Shown in pieces: positions 37,101 through 47,037 of a stretch of 64,000 nt of DNA (positions are counted from its first letter, which is position 1; every line of letters starts with the position of its first letter). The stretch is taken from positions 40,859-104,858 of the IMG/VR virus record IMGVR_UViG_3300037189_014399. One strand, written 5' to 3'. Origin of the DNA: a virus. The notes under the pieces were generated by a model. The model did no database searches and had not been told where the DNA came from. It was given only the letters and a program-made list of their open reading frames with translations. A program made the position numbers and the translations under genes.

Positions 37101-38005
37101 GAGAAGGTTGAGAACGCAGTACCCTGCTGGCTTAGGTAAGCAAGTGATGAAATAAGTGTTAATGACTCCAACTGTGAAGTAAGAGGCTGTAACAAGTTAT
37201 TAGAGTAGTTACCAGCTGGCTGAGGTGAGTGGTAGCTGTTATTGGTGAAGGCGTTAGTTCCTGTGAAAGGATCCTGACCTGTCAAGTTGTAGTTGTGATA
37301 CATAACCTGACCCTGTGTGATAACAGAGTTAGCTGAATCAAAACGAACAACACCGTTAACTGCACCAGATGTAGCTGCAGATAGGGTAATCGTGTTACCT
37401 GAAATGTTTGTAATGTAGGTGTTAGATGCAATGTTAGATGTAGATGAAGAAACACCTGGGTAAGCTGTAGAAATGTATGAACCTGCAACTAGTGTCATAC
37501 CTACAACAAGACCGTTAGCGTTTGGATAAACAGTCATGTAGGTAGATGTTGTAGCTGCGGTTACAACCTTGTATACAACTTCAGGATCCCAACCTAGAAC
37601 GTTGAGATCAAAATCTGGGTTTGTTAAGTAGTTCCAGACTGTTGTAGAACCAAATGTGGTAGTACCACCATTTGTTCCTGGAAGAGTAGATGTGTAATCG
37701 TTAGACGCGATAAGTGCACCAAGACCACCCTGACCACCCACACCAATGTTTACCTGGTATGAAGTTCCTGGGGTTACGTCAATGTTCTTAACGATGACAG
37801 CGCCACCAGCGCCACCGCCGCCTGCTACGTTATCTGCGCCGCCGCCACCGCCACCGCCGCCGCCAACGAGGACGACTTGAGCAGAGTTAACGCCAGCAGG
37901 AGCAGTCCAAGTACTACTAGAAGTAAAGACCTGCTCCTTGATTGTTACACGACCCGAATTGTCGTTCGGGAAGACGATTAAGTCTTTATATGCGGAAATT
38001 GCCAT
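34127..38005 (-). CDS. glycine-rich tail fibre / receptor-binding protein
   Basis: FTSSSTWTAPAGV...VGGGGGGG start, GGNGSDGVAIIRW end; internal repeated beta modules. Confidence 0.8.
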   Translation of the reverse strand: MAISAYKDLIVFPNDNSGRVTIKEQVFTSSSTWTAPAGVNSAQVVLVGGGGGGGGGADNVAGGGGAGGAVIVKNIDVTPGTSYQVNIGVGGQGGLGALIASNDYTSTLPGTNGGTTTFGSTTVWNYLTNPDFDLNVLGWDPEVVYKVVTAATTSTYMTVYPNANGLVVGMTLVAGSYISTAYPGVSSSTSNIASNTYITNISGNTITLSAATSGAVNGVVRFDSANSVITQGQVMYHNYNLTGQDPFTGTNAFTNNSYHSPQPAGNYSNNLLQPLTSQLESLTLISSLAYLSQQGTAFSTFSIANVGSATKLPEMVGGVLTTTATGTSGNFFATLASTTGLIPNMFLIGTGFPTGTFITSISGTTVYLNQALNATIAAQSVTASYTGTVGLNSLSLSTGTSTTSGTPSWVIFSTQTATAVGSATQSQTGYAGVPFIPGQTYTLSAYVWTNTVINSGSTPFLFQLRSAGSTYGAAVNQNYLGGTPVTLSTSSIDAAGGTANGFFVRQATPTPISGYGASTATTITGSYGSGVNQFTVASATGLTTGMYITSAPTGLATTNYITAINGTTVTLSANSTQAITGPVSITFGTPSGQQVLTNRWVRVSATFTMPGLAAAQATGTYAYGTSPLFMYPTLIVQQPSISSLLVDNLQLELGSTPTTWQPPVYNFGTSLVLSSSTNSNGNLEVAHRPVRVTAGQTYSASMYAFGSGTANQYWPITGFIEWLDADYQPISRSVGPNMFLGFNGYSAVAAVMPATNYGARIGVNGAVAPLASTPVGTGAGAVATANAVYARVGFSVYRGAVGTGTQVQYNLIAPQLELASAATFPKKADNVTYFWSGQTGASQLISSWTVAAEGGGGGGTYNTNNLYWMFGIQGAHNGGHAAYNSTAGALAVAGGGAGSLTPGQNAQSYLQAVTSTTNPIPVAGWQTTAAFSQPAFPGRGNAGGYAIMNTSSNGRSAIPGIAGDGGQGTVVSGLNSGSSLGLALGAGGGGAGWVTWTSGGVGTSAAGYQFNPYMAPGRGTAGGGKGGGNVIVDLSQGTLQTAWGSSSGNYFARGIDAIPNTGSGGGGGSTNFGNNPDLPIMHFPANAAVAYEATSAEFYKWMPLYNATDIQASASAGIFGTNGLRVTAQDDGNVKIVTLSQTFQILPRTIITLPALAARLTSSPTSSISSPAFAGTTKRARPTIRWKDQNNVIIREDRPIYDIVFTALNTVNYLGSVNASNAIVYTQSGGWTTQPAPANAYLFDVTWEFDYLDSGDIVDVDISGLTYLGYNSNGGNGSDGVAIIRWFDKTTF

Positions 38006-38028
38006 TAGTAGTTACCTGTCTCCCTGAA

Positions 38029-38331
38029 TTAACTGACGTATACGCCAGAGATGAAGTAGTCAACTGCTGACGCCTGATCCGCAGTTACGACGATTGAATC
38101 TCCAGTGTTTGCCACTGTACGAGAATCAAAATTTACTGTTCCATTTGCTGGAATCTGCAACGCTGTGCAGAAAGCAAAGCCACCAAGCGTTACTGTTGCG
38201 TAACGGGTGTTTGAAGTTTTATTTGTTAAAACGATATTCGTGATGATCGCTGTTGTCGAAGCTGGGATTGCAATACCAGCATCTGTTGTACCAGCGGTTC
38301 CTCTACGAATTAAGGTTACTGTAGTTGCCAT
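38029..38331 (-). CDS. small virion structural protein
   Basis: ITNIVLTN...IPANGT...FISG; resembles 31108..31449. Confidence 0.65.
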   Translation of the reverse strand: MATTVTLIRRGTAGTTDAGIAIPASTTAIITNIVLTNKTSNTRYATVTLGGFAFCTALQIPANGTVNFDSRTVANTGDSIVVTADQASAVDYFISGVYVS

Positions 38332-38669
38332 TATGCTAGAACTCCCATGTAAGCTAGGACGGTTAGATTGGTTGCTGTGTTATTAACAGCTGCTACCTGT
38401 GTGGTACCGGCTGTATTCACTGCTGCCAACTGAGTTGTGCCAGCAGTGTTTACTGCAGATACCTGTGTGGTACCAGCAGTTGTAATTGATGTAACCTGGT
38501 TAGAGGTTGCAGCCACAATATCGTTGACTCCAAGCACTGTTCCCAGAGTAGTTAGTGCGTTTGCGTAGTATGCAGCGTCTTGAGAAGTTACTGTGCCACC
38601 AGCTAGGCTAGTGGAAATGTTACTCTTCAGTGCATTGATCTGCGTACTGAGCGAGCTATAATCGGGCAT
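38331..38669 (-). CDS. coiled-coil fibre connector with 11-aa repeats
   Basis: Three tandem TAGTTQ(V/L)xAVN repeats (33 nt, about 38383-38480). Confidence 0.65.
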   Translation of the reverse strand: MPDYSSLSTQINALKSNISTSLAGGTVTSQDAAYYANALTTLGTVLGVNDIVAATSNQVTSITTAGTTQVSAVNTAGTTQLAAVNTAGTTQVAAVNNTATNLTVLAYMGVLA

Positions 38670-38702
38670 TGTGGATTTTCCTACCTTCCGAGGTTTGTTA
38701 GA

Positions 38703-38711
38703 AGTATATCA
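38703..38711 (-). promoter_or_regulatory. extended -10 promoter TGaTATACT
   Basis: Intergenic, about 35 nt before ATG 38669 and its AGGA RBS. Confidence 0.5.
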
Positions 38712-38739
38712 AATTTAACCAAGTTGAATTCCCTAATCG

Positions 38740-41700
38740 TTATGCCTGAGCTTCTGTCCAGGAAATACGAGCTGCGATTTGTGAGTTACCGGTACCGATA
38801 TTTGTTGCGGTTACGACTAGTACGTCTGGACCGTTAGGGAATCCAGGGCTAGATACGTTTCCATTACCGGATAGAGCTGAGTTACCGATGTCCTTACCAC
38901 CAACGAGTGAGTATACGGATGAGTTGAATGATGAACCAGATCCGTTTTCGGTATAGAACGAGAAGACCGAGTCACCACCGACGAGTGTGCCAGATGGGGT
39001 TGGTGATGCAGTTGTGTAAGGAACCTGTCCCTGACCGTTACCTGTGTTATCAAAGTAGATGGTCTGGGCAAGAGATGAGTTACCTACCTGGTCACGAGTC
39101 CAGTCATTTGGAAGACCGGTGTAACCTGTGGTTGGGGTAAATGTCACTGTACCGTTAGTAATAGCACCGGTAGTAGAGACGTTCAATGTAACAATGTTAC
39201 CTTGAATATTAGTGATGTAAGCGTTAGCTGGAATGTTACCGTTACCAGAAACAAGCATACCGATCTGCATACCTGTAACAGTTGTAGTGTTAAGGGTACC
39301 GGTATCTGTAATTGTAAGCTGGTTAGATCCAGAAGTAGCGTTTACTGTTGTACGGTTAAAGGCAAGCTGAGACGTTGTCCAGTTTGTATAACCAAGATAT
39401 GATGGGTTGAGGATACAGTCGATACGATATGAACCGTTAGTCTGTACAGCCACTGACTGAAGTTGAAGTGCCATGCGGTTAATCAACTCACGAACACCAT
39501 AGTTACGAGCAATTGCGTTATCTGCAGATGGTGCTACACGGATTGCAAGCAATGGACGTGTTGTACCGGCTAGAAGAGTTGCGTACTTGGTCATACCAGC
39601 TGTGTAGATAGGTAGTAAGTCTGTCTGGAATCCACCATCCATAACAACCGATGATCCCCAGTGCTGAATGATTGGGGCGCAGTTTTGGTTGATAGGCTGA
39701 ACAGATACCTGAGCAGAACCACCAACACCTGTCATAGATGAATCAGCAGTAAAGACTACCTGGTTCTGTGTTGCTGTATATGTAAATGGAACGTCTGGGT
39801 AGTTAAGAGTTACTGATGCACGACGACCGCTGATTGTTACTGGGTAACCCTGGGCTGTAGAGTTAAACGCTCCAACTGCAGAGTAGTTCATAAGCTCTAC
39901 GTTTGTATCGTCACGAACAATAATTGTTCCTGATGATGGCCAGTTAGTAACGTTGTCTACGTACATAGTGGTGTCTGTTGCTGTCAATGCAGATCCAATT
40001 GTTCCTGCTGAGCCAGCTACCATCTTGCTGAATACGATAGGTGAGTTATCAACTTCATAGCGTGCAGGCAAGTTACCTGACTTCTGATATGCAAGCTGGT
40101 TGACGTTGTTGTTTGAGATGCGGTGTACGTAAATGATCTGTCCACGAGGACCACGAACACCAAAACGAATAGTTCCAGCACCGTACCAGGAGTAATCGAT
40201 GTAAACCATCTGCATCTTCTTAATGTCAATGACGTAACCTGAAGGGCCTGTACCATCGCACTTATCCATGTTCCACTGTGCCTGGGTGAACTGAAGGTTC
40301 TGTGTAACAGTGACACGGTTACCAACTGTGCTAACACCCTTATATGCTGGAGCAACATAAAGCAATGTGTCGCTTGCAATTGCAGTAACTAAGTAGCTTG
40401 AGCCCTTAATTACAATCTTTTGACCAACTGAAAGCTGACGACGGAAGTAAGTTCCGATACCAGTAACTGCAGGAGAGCCGTAAGTTACGTTTACACGTCC
40501 AGAGATTAGCTTCTCTGAGTGACGACGTACAACTGATAGAGTCTGGCCGTTGTAGGCAAAATAGAAACCATTCTGTTCATCATACATACCTGTACGGCAC
40601 TCTGCGCCCTGCCACTGAACTGCGTGAGCGTATGCATACTGTCCGCTTGGTGTCTGATCTGCAAGAGATAAACCAGATGTAATTGTGATCTGATACTGGA
40701 ATACGTTTGCATTAATGACGTTAGAAACGGTAAACGAACCGTTGAATGGGTTGTACTGTGTTGCATTTCCTACAACAACATTTTCCATAAAGATAACTGC
40801 GCCAGCCTGTAATCCGTGATCTTCAACAGTTGTTACTGTTACTGTTTGAAGGCCAGCGTTAAGTGAGCTGAGAGAGATTGAATCAAGGTTAAATGTAGGT
40901 GTTAACTTAGCACCAGTTGAGAACTGGATTGACTTACCAGCCTGGTAGCGGAAGTAACGGCGTGACTGACGAATTGCTTGAAGACCAGGTACGTTGTTAT
41001 ATGTTGTGATAGCAACACCCGCGTCATATGGACGGTGAATAACATAGCCGTCTGACTTTGCAATGATACGAGAAGTCGTTGGTGTAAACAAGCTACCGTA
41101 TTGCTGTGTAGCTGTGAAGATAATCTGATTTGTTGTTGGTACCTGCTTGACTAGGTAGTCACCATCCCAAGCGTTTGTTCCTGATACAGAAACAGTGATG
41201 CCTGGATAAAGTCCGTGAGGGTACTGGAATGTAACTGTAATATTAGAAGGAATAGCACCGTCTGTCTGAGCAGTCCAGGTATTCATGTTGTTGGTACCAC
41301 CTGGGATAGCACCTAGACCTGGATAGTTACCACCAGGGATGTGTGCGCCATCAAATACGTCACCAGCATATACGCTTGTTAGGTTTAGGTAGTTAACGTC
41401 ACCAGTTACAACACCACGTGCACGGTATGTGAATGTGTAAACAGTTGGTGCTGTAAGAACAGTGAATGTACCTTCTGCACGATAGTTTAGTGTTTCTTGA
41501 ACGTTTACAACACCACCAGGTACAAGACCATGTGGGTTTGTTGTTGTTACTGTAACAATAGAGCGAGGTGAAATACCATCACCAATAATTGAAGACACTG
41601 CAATTGCGTTACCGCCGTTTGGCTTAGCAAAGAAGCTTGGGTAGTTAGACGCTAGGAATAGGGCTTCCCATTTAGATGGCTGTACAGAGTATTCAAAGTC

Positions 41701-42072
41701 TGTATCCATAAGTGACTGTGGCTGAGAAACACGCTGCTTCTGAGCACCATCAAGAAGTGTTTCTTCAGGAATATTAATTGTTGCGTAGTCATCAATGTAG
41801 ACCTGAACGTAGTCTGTTGATGCCATTGTTGTGCTTAAGAATGCAGCAGAGTTAAGAACAATAACAGTGTTATAGGTTGCGTTACCGTTATCTGTCTTAG
41901 TCCAAGATGTTGTGGACTTTGTTGAGTCAGAGAAGTTATAGAGAACAACATTCTTTGTGACGTTGGTAATCAACATCACACGCTCAGGACGGATCCAACG
42001 ATTCTTGATTGTAAGTGTGTAGGAAGACGGATCAAACGTATAATCAGTCTCTAGCAAAACGTTTCTTGCCAC
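38740..42072 (-). CDS. large virion structural / fibre-platform protein
   Basis: 1110 aa, beta-rich; three T(T)xxHGLxxG repeats; RYFRYQAGK and IDYSWYGAG motifs. Confidence 0.7.
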   Translation of the reverse strand: MARNVLLETDYTFDPSSYTLTIKNRWIRPERVMLITNVTKNVVLYNFSDSTKSTTSWTKTDNGNATYNTVIVLNSAAFLSTTMASTDYVQVYIDDYATINIPEETLLDGAQKQRVSQPQSLMDTDFEYSVQPSKWEALFLASNYPSFFAKPNGGNAIAVSSIIGDGISPRSIVTVTTTNPHGLVPGGVVNVQETLNYRAEGTFTVLTAPTVYTFTYRARGVVTGDVNYLNLTSVYAGDVFDGAHIPGGNYPGLGAIPGGTNNMNTWTAQTDGAIPSNITVTFQYPHGLYPGITVSVSGTNAWDGDYLVKQVPTTNQIIFTATQQYGSLFTPTTSRIIAKSDGYVIHRPYDAGVAITTYNNVPGLQAIRQSRRYFRYQAGKSIQFSTGAKLTPTFNLDSISLSSLNAGLQTVTVTTVEDHGLQAGAVIFMENVVVGNATQYNPFNGSFTVSNVINANVFQYQITITSGLSLADQTPSGQYAYAHAVQWQGAECRTGMYDEQNGFYFAYNGQTLSVVRRHSEKLISGRVNVTYGSPAVTGIGTYFRRQLSVGQKIVIKGSSYLVTAIASDTLLYVAPAYKGVSTVGNRVTVTQNLQFTQAQWNMDKCDGTGPSGYVIDIKKMQMVYIDYSWYGAGTIRFGVRGPRGQIIYVHRISNNNVNQLAYQKSGNLPARYEVDNSPIVFSKMVAGSAGTIGSALTATDTTMYVDNVTNWPSSGTIIVRDDTNVELMNYSAVGAFNSTAQGYPVTISGRRASVTLNYPDVPFTYTATQNQVVFTADSSMTGVGGSAQVSVQPINQNCAPIIQHWGSSVVMDGGFQTDLLPIYTAGMTKYATLLAGTTRPLLAIRVAPSADNAIARNYGVRELINRMALQLQSVAVQTNGSYRIDCILNPSYLGYTNWTTSQLAFNRTTVNATSGSNQLTITDTGTLNTTTVTGMQIGMLVSGNGNIPANAYITNIQGNIVTLNVSTTGAITNGTVTFTPTTGYTGLPNDWTRDQVGNSSLAQTIYFDNTGNGQGQVPYTTASPTPSGTLVGGDSVFSFYTENGSGSSFNSSVYSLVGGKDIGNSALSGNGNVSSPGFPNGPDVLVVTATNIGTGNSQIAARISWTEAQA

Positions 42073-42084
42073 TTAGGATCCTTC

Positions 42085-42627
42085 CTAGATTAAAGTGATC
42101 GGTGCGATCACCGAGGTAGTAGTTGTTACATTTACATTGTTAATGTTCTTAGGGAAGTAAAATCCTGTACCTAAGAATGCATCAGCAATGACTTTTTGAT
42201 TAAGATTAGTATCTCCAGACGTACCTGCAGGGCCTGTAGCTCCCCTTGATCCACCGCGTATTAGTATAGCCCAATATGTAGGGGTTAGGTCTGGATCTTT
42301 GTTCGTGTTATCTTGAAGAGCAATATACGTGTTATTGTCATCGTAGGGGATTACTGTTCCCTTTGGATAAAAAGTAGTTGAATTCCAAGTTTGCACTACT
42401 TGAGTAATACCAGTACCGGCAGGACCTGCCGCACCAGCTACACCAGCAGGACCTGTAGGACCTTGTACACCAGATGAATAAGAAAGTTGAGTCCAGGTAG
42501 ATGTTCCATTACCTAACTTAAACTTTCCTGTATCTAGCTCAAGACCCAATTCACCTTCTGCAAGGATTGGGTTTGCAGAGGTCCATTGAGCTGCTGATCC
42601 ACGTCTAAATTGAACTTGAACGGCCAT
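42085..42627 (-). CDS. fibre protein: Mtd/hyaluronidase-type N-terminus, collagen, CBM5/12-like module
   Basis: QFRRGSAAQWTSANPILAEGELGLELDTGKFKLGNG, short Gly-X-Y run, WNSTTFYPKG..V; ATG at 42627 (TAATG). Confidence 0.78.
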   Translation of the reverse strand: MAVQVQFRRGSAAQWTSANPILAEGELGLELDTGKFKLGNGTSTWTQLSYSSGVQGPTGPAGVAGAAGPAGTGITQVVQTWNSTTFYPKGTVIPYDDNNTYIALQDNTNKDPDLTPTYWAILIRGGSRGATGPAGTSGDTNLNQKVIADAFLGTGFYFPKNINNVNVTTTTSVIAPITLI

Positions 42628-45401
42628 TAGATTCCTCCACAATCAAGATTTGTTAATCCACCATATGTACTTGTTGGTGAGCCTGCATCAATGTTGACAA
42701 TGCTACTACCTGCAGGGCCTGTAGGTCCTTGTGAACCTGTTGCACCTGTTGGTCCTTGTGCACCAGTCGGTCCAGCTACTGTAGATGCAGCACCAGTTGG
42801 TCCTGTTGGTCCTTGAATATTTCCTGTGTTAAGCCACTGAGCAGTAGTAATAGACCAGATGTAAAGATTAGTTCCAACAATGTATGCATCTCCTGCAGCA
42901 CCGGTTGGGTGTGCAGCCTGTAATGCAGATAAGGTTGTGTAGTTTCCAAGGATGTTGATGCCTGTTCCTTGAGGTCCAGTAGCACCTGTTGGACCAGTTG
43001 CACCAGCAAATCCTTGAGCACCTTGTAGGCCTTGTGGACCCGTAGGACCAACATTACCTTGTGAGCCTTGAGGACCAGTTGCACCAGTTAAACCGGTAGC
43101 ACCTGTAGGACCAGTAATACTTAATCCTTGTGGTCCTGTTGCACCAGTAGGTCCAACATTACCAATAGGTCCTGTAGCACCAACAGGTCCTTGAACACCT
43201 GTAGGGCCAAGAGGGCCTTGCGGACCGGTTGATCCTGTAGGACCAGTTACACCTTGAATACCCTGAGGTCCGGTAGGGCCAGTTACAGTAGATGCTGCAC
43301 CTGTAGGACCAAGAGGGCCTTGCGGACCGGTAGGACCAGTGGGTCCGATACCACCAGTAGCAGTAAAGTTAAGGACGTCAACGCCAATAACAATGCTTTG
43401 CTCAAAACCTGAACCCTTTTGATATTGAATAAATGAACGACTATTGCCGTTTAGATTTCCAAGTTGAATAGAAAGATAGTCACCAGCAGTTGCCTCAGCA
43501 ACAACGCTTCCATCGTAATCTGTTGCACGAGTAAGGATGTTTGGTGTACCAGAATTTGAATCATAAACAGTTGTTAACTTATAGATACCATTCTGACGTG
43601 CATCAGTTTGATCTTTAACAAGAATACGATCACCAAGACTTGGTGTAAATCCGTCAACAATAAGAGTAGACATTGCAGTAAGTGTGAGCGTTGCTCCAAC
43701 ACCATATCCACCGTCCCCACCTAATGTACCTGGGGTATACGTGCCGGCAAGATTTGTAGTGGTTGCTACACGTGCAGAGTTGTGTGCGTTTGAGGTTCCT
43801 GCAGGACCGATAGGACCAGTATCACCCTTAGCGCCAGTCGCACCAGTTGCTCCTGCCGCACCTTGAGGACCAATAGGTCCCTGAGCACCAGTAGGTCCTG
43901 TTGCACCAGTAGCACCGGCGCCTGTAGGTCCAACTGCACCAGTAGGACCAGTAGGTCCTTGTGGACCTGGAACTGCTGAGTCAGCACCCTTAGGGCCTGT
44001 TGCACCCGTTGCACCGGTAGGTCCAATAGCACCAATTGGTCCTGCTTGACCTGTTGGGCCTTGCGGACCTGTCGGTCCTTGTGCACCAGCTGGGCCTTGT
44101 GTACCTTGAGAACCAGTAGCACCAACAGCGCCTGTAGCACCAGTGGGACCAACCTGTCCCTGAATACCCTGTGGGCCTGTTGAACCTGTTGCGCCTGTTG
44201 GGCCAGCAGGTCCGGTAGCACCAGTTGCTCCTGTGTCTCCCTTAGCGCCAGTAATACCTTGTGGGCCTTGAGGACCGGTGGCACCTGTTGCACCAACGTT
44301 TCCTTGTAAACCACCAGGACCTGTAGGACCGATGTTTCCTTGAGGACCAGTTGCGCCAGTTGCGCCAACAGCACCTGTTGCACCTACTGGGCCCTGTAAT
44401 CCAGTATCACCCTTAAGTCCTTGTGCTCCTTGTGGACCTGTTGGTCCAGTTGCACCGGTTTGACCAATGTCACCCTTAGGACCAGTTGCACCTGTTGCAC
44501 CAGCTTGTCCTGTAGAACCAGTAGGTCCTTGAATGTTTCCAACACTTACCCACGCACTGCTGTTAACAGACCATACGTAAAGTGTTCCTGCAACTAAATA
44601 CGATTGACCAGCAGATCCTGTTGGACGTGCTGTTTGTAAATCTTGAAGTGTGCTGTATGAACCAAGAATGGTTACAGAGGTACCGGCAGGGCCCTGTGCA
44701 CCAGTAGCACCTGTAGGACCGGCAGGTCCTTGAGATCCGGTTGAACCAGCTGGGCCTGTAGGACCAGCATCACCACGAGCACCAGTTGGACCCGTTGCAC
44801 CAGAAAGACCAATAGCACCAGTTGCACCCTGTGCACCGGTTGCACCCGCAGGACCTTGAGGTCCTTGTGCACCAGTTGGTCCAACTGGACCCTGTGCACC
44901 AGTAGGTCCTTGTGCACCGGTATTGCCTTGATAGCCCTGTGCACCAGCAGGACCTGTGGCACCTGTAGCACCTACAGTTCCACGATCACCAGCTAGTGAG
45001 ATTGACCATCCATAAAATGTGTCACCGATTTCACCAGCAGCAAAATCAGGACGAATAACAATTCTGTATCCACCTGTGTAAGGTGAGATAGATGTAATTA
45101 AACCTTCAATGTATGTTGCAACTGCGCCTGTTGCATTTGCACGAACACGATTGCCTGCAACATATGCGCCTGTAGATGGCACAATAAATTCTGCTGTAGC
45201 GTATTGAGATCCAAATCCAACAACAACTCCAGTATTAGAAGTTAGGGCTGCATAACCAGCGCCTGTTGCTCCGGTAGGACCGGTTGGGCCAGTAGGACCT
45301 GTTGCTCCTGGAATACCACGAGGACCAGTAGCGCCACCGCCACCACTGCCTGATGAGCCACGGCTATATCCGCTTAGATCGGGGAAATCAAAATTAGTCA
45401 C
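42627..45401 (-). CDS. long collagen-like fibre protein
   Basis: Long Gly-X-Y runs ([12 protein letters not shown]) interrupted by globular modules. Confidence 0.9.
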   Translation of the reverse strand: MTNFDFPDLSGYSRGSSGSGGGGATGPRGIPGATGPTGPTGPTGATGAGYAALTSNTGVVVGFGSQYATAEFIVPSTGAYVAGNRVRANATGAVATYIEGLITSISPYTGGYRIVIRPDFAAGEIGDTFYGWSISLAGDRGTVGATGATGPAGAQGYQGNTGAQGPTGAQGPVGPTGAQGPQGPAGATGAQGATGAIGLSGATGPTGARGDAGPTGPAGSTGSQGPAGPTGATGAQGPAGTSVTILGSYSTLQDLQTARPTGSAGQSYLVAGTLYVWSVNSSAWVSVGNIQGPTGSTGQAGATGATGPKGDIGQTGATGPTGPQGAQGLKGDTGLQGPVGATGAVGATGATGPQGNIGPTGPGGLQGNVGATGATGPQGPQGITGAKGDTGATGATGPAGPTGATGSTGPQGIQGQVGPTGATGAVGATGSQGTQGPAGAQGPTGPQGPTGQAGPIGAIGPTGATGATGPKGADSAVPGPQGPTGPTGAVGPTGAGATGATGPTGAQGPIGPQGAAGATGATGAKGDTGPIGPAGTSNAHNSARVATTTNLAGTYTPGTLGGDGGYGVGATLTLTAMSTLIVDGFTPSLGDRILVKDQTDARQNGIYKLTTVYDSNSGTPNILTRATDYDGSVVAEATAGDYLSIQLGNLNGNSRSFIQYQKGSGFEQSIVIGVDVLNFTATGGIGPTGPTGPQGPLGPTGAASTVTGPTGPQGIQGVTGPTGSTGPQGPLGPTGVQGPVGATGPIGNVGPTGATGPQGLSITGPTGATGLTGATGPQGSQGNVGPTGPQGLQGAQGFAGATGPTGATGPQGTGINILGNYTTLSALQAAHPTGAAGDAYIVGTNLYIWSITTAQWLNTGNIQGPTGPTGAASTVAGPTGAQGPTGATGSQGPTGPAGSSIVNIDAGSPTSTYGGLTNLDCGGI

Positions 45402-46489
45402 TGTGGATCTCCATAAGGAATAGATACTTGAGGTTTAGTAAACACTTTTCCTTCTAAATACGTCTTGGTACGCCCTGCGCTGTCTTTAAGTTGTAGATCC
45501 CAATATGCTGTTCTTGGAAGTTCTGCAGTTATTGCACCAGGTAATGTAAGAGTTAGAGTATCGAGTATACCACCCTGTATTGAAGCAGACTTGGTGATTG
45601 TAAAGGTACCAAGAATGTATGGACCAATCTGACTTCCAGGCCACTCTGTAAAGGTTCTGATCTGGGAGAACGGTGTAAAGTTTGCAAGATCTCCACCAAA
45701 TGGCACCACGTATTCAAAGTCATCACCTGAGTATAGGGATAGATCTTTATGTACTACTGCCGCAGATGGGGTCGCATCGCCGTAGTCAGGAAGTGGAAGA
45801 GCAATACGTTGAGCCAATGATCCGTCATCAATCTCTTGAGGCTTGTAAAGAGGAACGTATTTATTGGTACGTTGAGATATACGACGTAGATCAAACACAG
45901 ACATCTTGTACATTCCTATATCAAGCATCTGGCAAAGATCACGATACTGTTCTTTACGCTGATATACCATCTCCATAAGTTGACGGTATCGTTGAGAACG
46001 TGGAATGGTTACACCATCTGGTGAGGAGATATCAATATCAAAGGCAGCATCTGTAGCCAGCGTATAAAGGGCAAGGCTTGCTGCAAGTAGCATCAATGGG
46101 TATTCATTCTCTGGGCTTAAAGCCTCTAGTGAGGGAGTTGTACCATCAACGGTATTCATAAAACGAGTATGCTGCTCATAAGCATCTCTTAAATAATAGT
46201 AGATCTCAATATCAGTAAAGTATTTAAATGTTTGACCTGAAACAATAATCTTTGCACCTGGGCTAGGAACTACAGATAGCTCAACTAAACCTGTTACCTC
46301 TTCAATGGTGCAGTCATTAGAGATCTCTAGACCATCTACGGTGATTGAAACACTTTGACCATTTACAGGAGAAACGGTAAGTTGATATCTAAAATCTTGT
46401 CCGTTACCTACAAAGGTTTCTACAAAGCTGTGGCCAATATCGCCAATCTCAGCACGAAGCCGATTGATCAATGATGATAATGACGCCAC
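45398..46489 (-). CDS. head-tail adaptor with C-terminal Ig/BppU-like domain
   Basis: [29 protein letters not shown]; C-terminal AYWDLQL...TYLEG. Confidence 0.7.
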   Translation of the reverse strand: MASLSSLINRLRAEIGDIGHSFVETFVGNGQDFRYQLTVSPVNGQSVSITVDGLEISNDCTIEEVTGLVELSVVPSPGAKIIVSGQTFKYFTDIEIYYYLRDAYEQHTRFMNTVDGTTPSLEALSPENEYPLMLLAASLALYTLATDAAFDIDISSPDGVTIPRSQRYRQLMEMVYQRKEQYRDLCQMLDIGMYKMSVFDLRRISQRTNKYVPLYKPQEIDDGSLAQRIALPLPDYGDATPSAAVVHKDLSLYSGDDFEYVVPFGGDLANFTPFSQIRTFTEWPGSQIGPYILGTFTITKSASIQGGILDTLTLTLPGAITAELPRTAYWDLQLKDSAGRTKTYLEGKVFTKPQVSIPYGDPQ

Positions 46490-46546
46490 ATTTCCTCCGA
46501 CTGTCTAACTCTAATATTCTCAGTATTACATAACCCATGTCTGCAT

Positions 46547-46587
46547 AAAAAGACCCACTCCGACAGGAGGGCGGTTGTCGGAGTGGG
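46547..46587 (-). terminator. intrinsic terminator of the capsid operon
   Basis: 12-bp stem CCCACTCCGACA/TGTCGGAGTGGG followed by TCTTTTT. Confidence 0.8.
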
Positions 46588-46604
46588 CATTCTAAATTGC
46601 GGCA

Positions 46605-46973
46605 TTAGAGCCGGTCGTATAGGTAACCCTTTTCTTGAAGGTGTGCCGCTACGTTTTTAGCTACCTTGTATTTCTGACCAGCTTTGAATGAGAAGTGGTT
46701 GCCCACTCCAATTGTTACAAAATCTAGGTCTTCAGCCACACGAATAACTACTGTGTCATCCGCTGACTCTACTCCGAGTGATTCAACCTCATCGATCACT
46801 GTAGGTACTGCACCTGCAGTTGTGAGATCAAAAATCTCTGTCTCTAGTCTTTCTGCTTCAACTTGTGAAGCAATAGACATTTCTTGTGCTCTTTTGGCTA
46901 CTTCTTCTGCGTTAGCCTTGAGCATATCTTCACGTTGACGTCCAGTGAAGTCTGTTACTTTAGCTTTTGCCAC
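46605..46973 (-). CDS. capsid-operon protein of unknown function
   Basis: Directly after the major capsid gene; AGGAG RBS. Confidence 0.65.
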   Translation of the reverse strand: MAKAKVTDFTGRQREDMLKANAEEVAKRAQEMSIASQVEAERLETEIFDLTTAGAVPTVIDEVESLGVESADDTVVIRVAEDLDFVTIGVGNHFSFKAGQKYKVAKNVAAHLQEKGYLYDRL

Positions 46974-47000
46974 GATTGTTATTCTCCTAAGTGTTATGTG

Positions 47001-47026
47001 GGGGGCGGGCTTTTATACCCGCCCCC
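47001..47026 (-). terminator. GC-rich hairpin after the capsid gene (partial terminator or mRNA stabiliser)
   Basis: GGGGGCGGG-N8-CCCGCCCCC; no U-tract on the minus strand. Confidence 0.5.
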
Positions 47027-47037
47027 GTCTTATTAAA

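Noticed and set aside
42776-44971. Long alternative-frame and antisense ORFs over the collagen, TP and Gly-rich genes (e.g. 43766-44383, 27828-28238, 22607-23026)
   Set aside because: Shadow ORFs caused by repetitive, biased codons; no RBS and implausible composition.
42627-45401. Animal-type collagen prolyl 4-hydroxylation as the role of the oxygenase
   Set aside because: Pro is almost always in the X position (GPT/GPQ/GPA), not the Y position used by collagen P4H; the TP linkers are the better candidate substrate.
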